NCBI RefSeq assembly: GCF_036321535.1
Contig: NC_087437.1
Span: 83,454,001-83,518,000 of the forward strand
Direction: 5' to 3'
Origin: Camelus dromedarius
Taxonomy: Eukaryota
Length of the DNA stretch: 64,000 bases
Shown here: positions 1 to 64,000 of the stretch, piece by piece
Layout of the letters: every line of letters begins with the position of its first letter
How positions within the stretch are numbered: position 1 is the stretch's first letter
Translations under genes and position numbers: made by a program
Notes under the pieces: generated by a model
Database searches by the model: none
What the model was told of the DNA's origin: nothing
Seen by the model: the letters and a program-made list of their open reading frames with translations, nothing else

Positions 1-519
1 AGGATTGACTCCCAAGCCGTGGTCATTGGTTTCCTTAGCAAATATTTAAATACTTCAACGTCTTCTGAGTGCCAGGCACTGGACATTCATATGCTTGAAA
101 CGTGGGGCCCCACAGTGTTCTTTGTAGGTGACTCTTCTCTAAGACAGTCCCCTGGAGAGGCCGTGTGGAGTCGTGGCGAAGGTGTGGGCTCTGCAGCCAG
201 GCTGCGTGGATTTGAATCCAAGAGAGAGTTGCTGGGAGAGGGGTAGAACTACAGTGTGAAGTAAAGCCCTCGGAGATAGTGTCTGGCCTGTGGGAAGTGC
301 TGGCACCCACGTGGCCAGGTTGGGCCTCTCTGCTCCTCACCTGCCTTGGGAAGATCAGTTTCTCCCTCGCAGGGGTGGTGGCTCCTCTCTGGGTCAGGCC
401 CTGGGGAGCTGACGAGGGCCGGAGGGAGGGAGCATGACTCACCTCCGAGCCCCCTTCTCCATCTGTACCCTCTTCCTAAGCTGTCATTTCTGCTCCCATT
501 ACTCTAATACCAGTGCTGT

Positions 520-16194
<15,675 letters not shown>

Positions 16195-16469
16195 TGCCTT
16201 CACTTAGTCTTAAATATGTCTATAGCTACTTGATTTTAAGATATTTATATAGACACGTGATTCTACAGATATGTGGGCTTTGAGCCAAGGATGAGATGAA
16301 TGTAATGTTCCTCACCCGTGTGTCTCACACCTGCATACCTTATAACACGAGACCTGCCCGATACAGGGGGTCAGTTGGCCATAAGTATTAACAGAGGCAC
16401 ATGGAAGAAAGAATACCAGATTACTTACTAAATGCCCCAGAAAGTGACAAAACCACACTTTCTGACAAG

Positions 16470-16475
16470 TTTATT
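16470..16475 (-). terminator. Candidate distal CRYBG3 polyadenylation signal AATAAA
   Basis: On - strand: AATAAA cttgtcagaaa GTGTGGTTTTGTCACTTT, i.e. followed by GU-rich sequence. Confidence 0.55.
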
Positions 16476-16554
16476 TAATCCAGTGTGGTAGAAAAGGCAC
16501 AGCTCTAATAAGTGTTTCATTTAAAATTAAATGTTACCTGGCTTTGTTCTTTGG

Positions 16555-16560
16555 AATAAA
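16555..16560 (+). terminator. Candidate RIOX2 polyadenylation signal AATAAA (a second ATTAAA/AATAAA at 16691-16701)
   Basis: First canonical AATAAA I found downstream of the RIOX2 stop on +; usage not verifiable. Confidence 0.5.
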
Positions 16561-17655
16561 CAGCTTCTTTAAAGAGCCTCACTGGCTCTGGAAAAATTTT
16601 AAACAATTAACATGAAGAAAAAGAAAATTTAACTTGGTTTTTTACAATGAAAATATACATACCTTCATGTATACACAAGCCCCCCTCCCCATTAAAATAA
16701 AGTTACTCCTATAACATAAATTTCATTAAATAATACTGCCTTACTAGTAAGAGGCCATTGCAGCTATGGGCATAAAGGGGTTTTTACAGATGTTGCTTGA
16801 AAGGTGACAAAAGAGCCTGAGATTGAAGGAAAAAAAAAGAAGCCCCAATAATATTTACATGGAAAGACCAAGTCTCTATAAAAAATACTCAAAATAGTGG
16901 GTCTTGAGTTAAAACAGCTCACTGTTATTTTATATTCTAAAGTGCATATAGGTTGATACTTTTTAAAAAATATCACTGGAGAATTTAATCTTTCTATATA
17001 AAAATAGGGCAGATGTTTTTCTGCTTTCTGGCAAAAGTTGGGGATGAAGGAAACTGTTGTCTCAATTTACGTTTAAAACCAACTGAGGAGGGCAAGGTGC
17101 TTGTGGATTGCATGGTGACTGGTGGTAACGATTACTTGTAACCAAGTCAAAGACGATGTCCTACCTGATTTTGCTTGAATGAAAGCTATTCCAAACGGGA
17201 GTAAAAAACATTTTGTCATTTTGTAAAGTAAAATGGTATATAAGTCAAGCTCAAATACCGCTTGGTTTTGAATGTTTGAAATTTTCTTTTACTTCAGGCG
17301 AAGAAAAATTTGATCTTTTACGTGGGTGACAGAGTCTTTATACCGTGAGGGCAGATCAGGGAGGTCTCTGCTCAGGGACAGGTAAGCCTTGGTTAGAGTC
17401 TTGTCACCCAGAAGGGTGTCTTTGTTAATACTGAGAGTGCCAGGATGGCTGCATATTATTTGTGCTTTTTTAGTTTGAAGGACTGAGCAAAGAGCAGCCA
17501 CAGAAAACACTCCAGTAGTTGAGCCATTTTCCTTACAAAGCTGAGGCCCCTCCCTGGGGGCAGTGACAAGTGTGAATACTTACAGTGCTTCAGTTATAAA
17601 AAGCCTCAGTAGAGAACCTTGACTATTTATCTAATACAGCAGCTTAATAGGAAGG

Positions 17656-17661
17656 TTTATT
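17656..17661 (-). terminator. Candidate proximal CRYBG3 polyadenylation signal AATAAA
   Basis: tttatt on + about 455 nt past the CRYBG3 stop; overlaps an ATTAAA on + (17659-17664). Confidence 0.35.
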
Positions 17662-18115
17662 AAATATGTTTTCAGATATTGCTAAAAAAGTATTCACCTT
17701 TTTAAAAGTCTGACTTGACCTATAGGACCCTGCTTCCCTGTGCCTGGCGCTCATACACGCGTCTGCTAGGGGGTTAACAGCTAACACAGGATGACAGCAT
17801 CACCAGCGTCTGACAACAGTCAGGACTAGGATTCCTGTTCGGTGGAGAGGAGAGGAAACAGACCTCAGGAAACTTGCTCACCAAAGCTGGAGATCAGGTG
17901 GGAATACAATCTCCCAGAAATCAGAACACGCTCTTCAGAGGAACATGGAATGACTGGCAAGAATATTTTGAGCTTTTCTATGGTTAAGAGCCACAGTCTT
18001 GTAGTTGGGGAAGAAGTTCGCTCAGTGATCCAGGAGTGTGAGGGTGAGCAGCTTCCTTTCCACGGGACGTGGTCCCTGCTCCCTGTGCTGACTCTCAGGG
18101 AGGCTGCAGGGTCTC

Positions 18116-63138
<45,023 letters not shown>

Positions 63139-63512
63139 TTAGCATGTTTATATTTTAGAATAGATGCATACTGATTTATTTAAGTGACACTAAGGGCTAC
63201 AACATGAATTAAGGACCACTGTCCATTATCTTCATTAATATATACTTAAAATACAGCACATTGGCTGATATTCACAAGGAATATGTGAGTCTTTATCATC
63301 ATAAAGGTAAAATATCTCAATAATATGCTTCAATATACTCAAGTATGATTACATTGTTCTGGTTACCCAAATATGAGGACAATTTCATAAACTGTCTTAT
63401 AACTGGTAATAACTTACAATTCTTGAGTTATCTTTCTAAGTTTATCTCTGTTTAGAATTTGATACAGACCGGCCTTATATTTCTTGAATTTTCTCTGTAA
63501 GAAATAAAAACT

Positions 63513-63675
63513 TGGTGGGGAGGGTAGAGCTCAGTGGTAGAGTGAGTGCTTAGCATGCTGAGGCGCTGGGTTCAATCCCTCGTACTTCCATTAAAAATAA
63601 AAATAATAAAGTAAGTAAGTAAAACTACACACCTACCCCTAAAACAATTTTTTTAATTAAAAATAAATTTAAAAA
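63513..63675 (+). mobile_element. tRNA-Ala-derived SINE (Vic-1-like) with 14-bp TSD
   Basis: ggggagggtagagctcagtggtagagtgagtgcttagcatgctgaggcgctgggttcaatccc; TSD aagaaataaaaact (63499-63512) / aagagataaaaact (63676-63689). Confidence 0.9.
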
Positions 63676-64000
63676 AAGAGATAAAAACTCTGAGCTTTCA
63701 GGGAATAATGATAAATTATCTACTGATTTGAGAAAACATACTGTTTATTATAACACTGCTTGTATATCGTTACTAATTACTGAGAAGAATTAGACATGCA
63801 AATCACTGAATTTAAATACAAAACTTTCTAAAAGTTAGAAATGATTGAAAAAATTTTGGTATTTTTATTGGCTATTTGATTCAAATGGGGAAGGAGGGAA
63901 GATAGTAGGAAACAGTTCTAACATTTCATTTGCTTCAAATTTGGATTGGTACAAGTATTTCCCTTCTCCCATTTTGATGTCCTTTCCTTCCCAAGCGCAA

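Overview
This is eukaryotic (mammalian) genomic DNA, most likely from a camelid, judged from tRNA-Ala-derived Vic-1-like SINEs and the absence of Alu, Bov or PRE SINEs. It holds two convergent, tail-to-tail protein-coding genes. On the + strand are the last 8 coding exons of RIOX2 (MINA53, JmjC ribosomal oxygenase; 1719-16194). On the - strand are the last 12 coding exons of CRYBG3 (four beta/gamma-crystallin domains plus a ricin-B lectin domain; 63114-18116). All exons have GT-AG boundaries and splice into uninterrupted reading frames (963 nt and 1476 nt including stops). The introns are filled with L1, L2, MIR, LTR, MER/Tigger DNA transposons and SINEs. I found no convincing new biological system. 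The most notable details are a young L1 with a probable 3' transduction inside a 19-bp TSD, probably overlapping 3' ends of the two genes, a NAGNAG acceptor and weak donor at one RIOX2 exon, a 33-nt CRYBG3 microexon, and a GATA/ETS/RUNX/FOX motif cluster. Gene and repeat family names come from recognition from memory, not from database searches.
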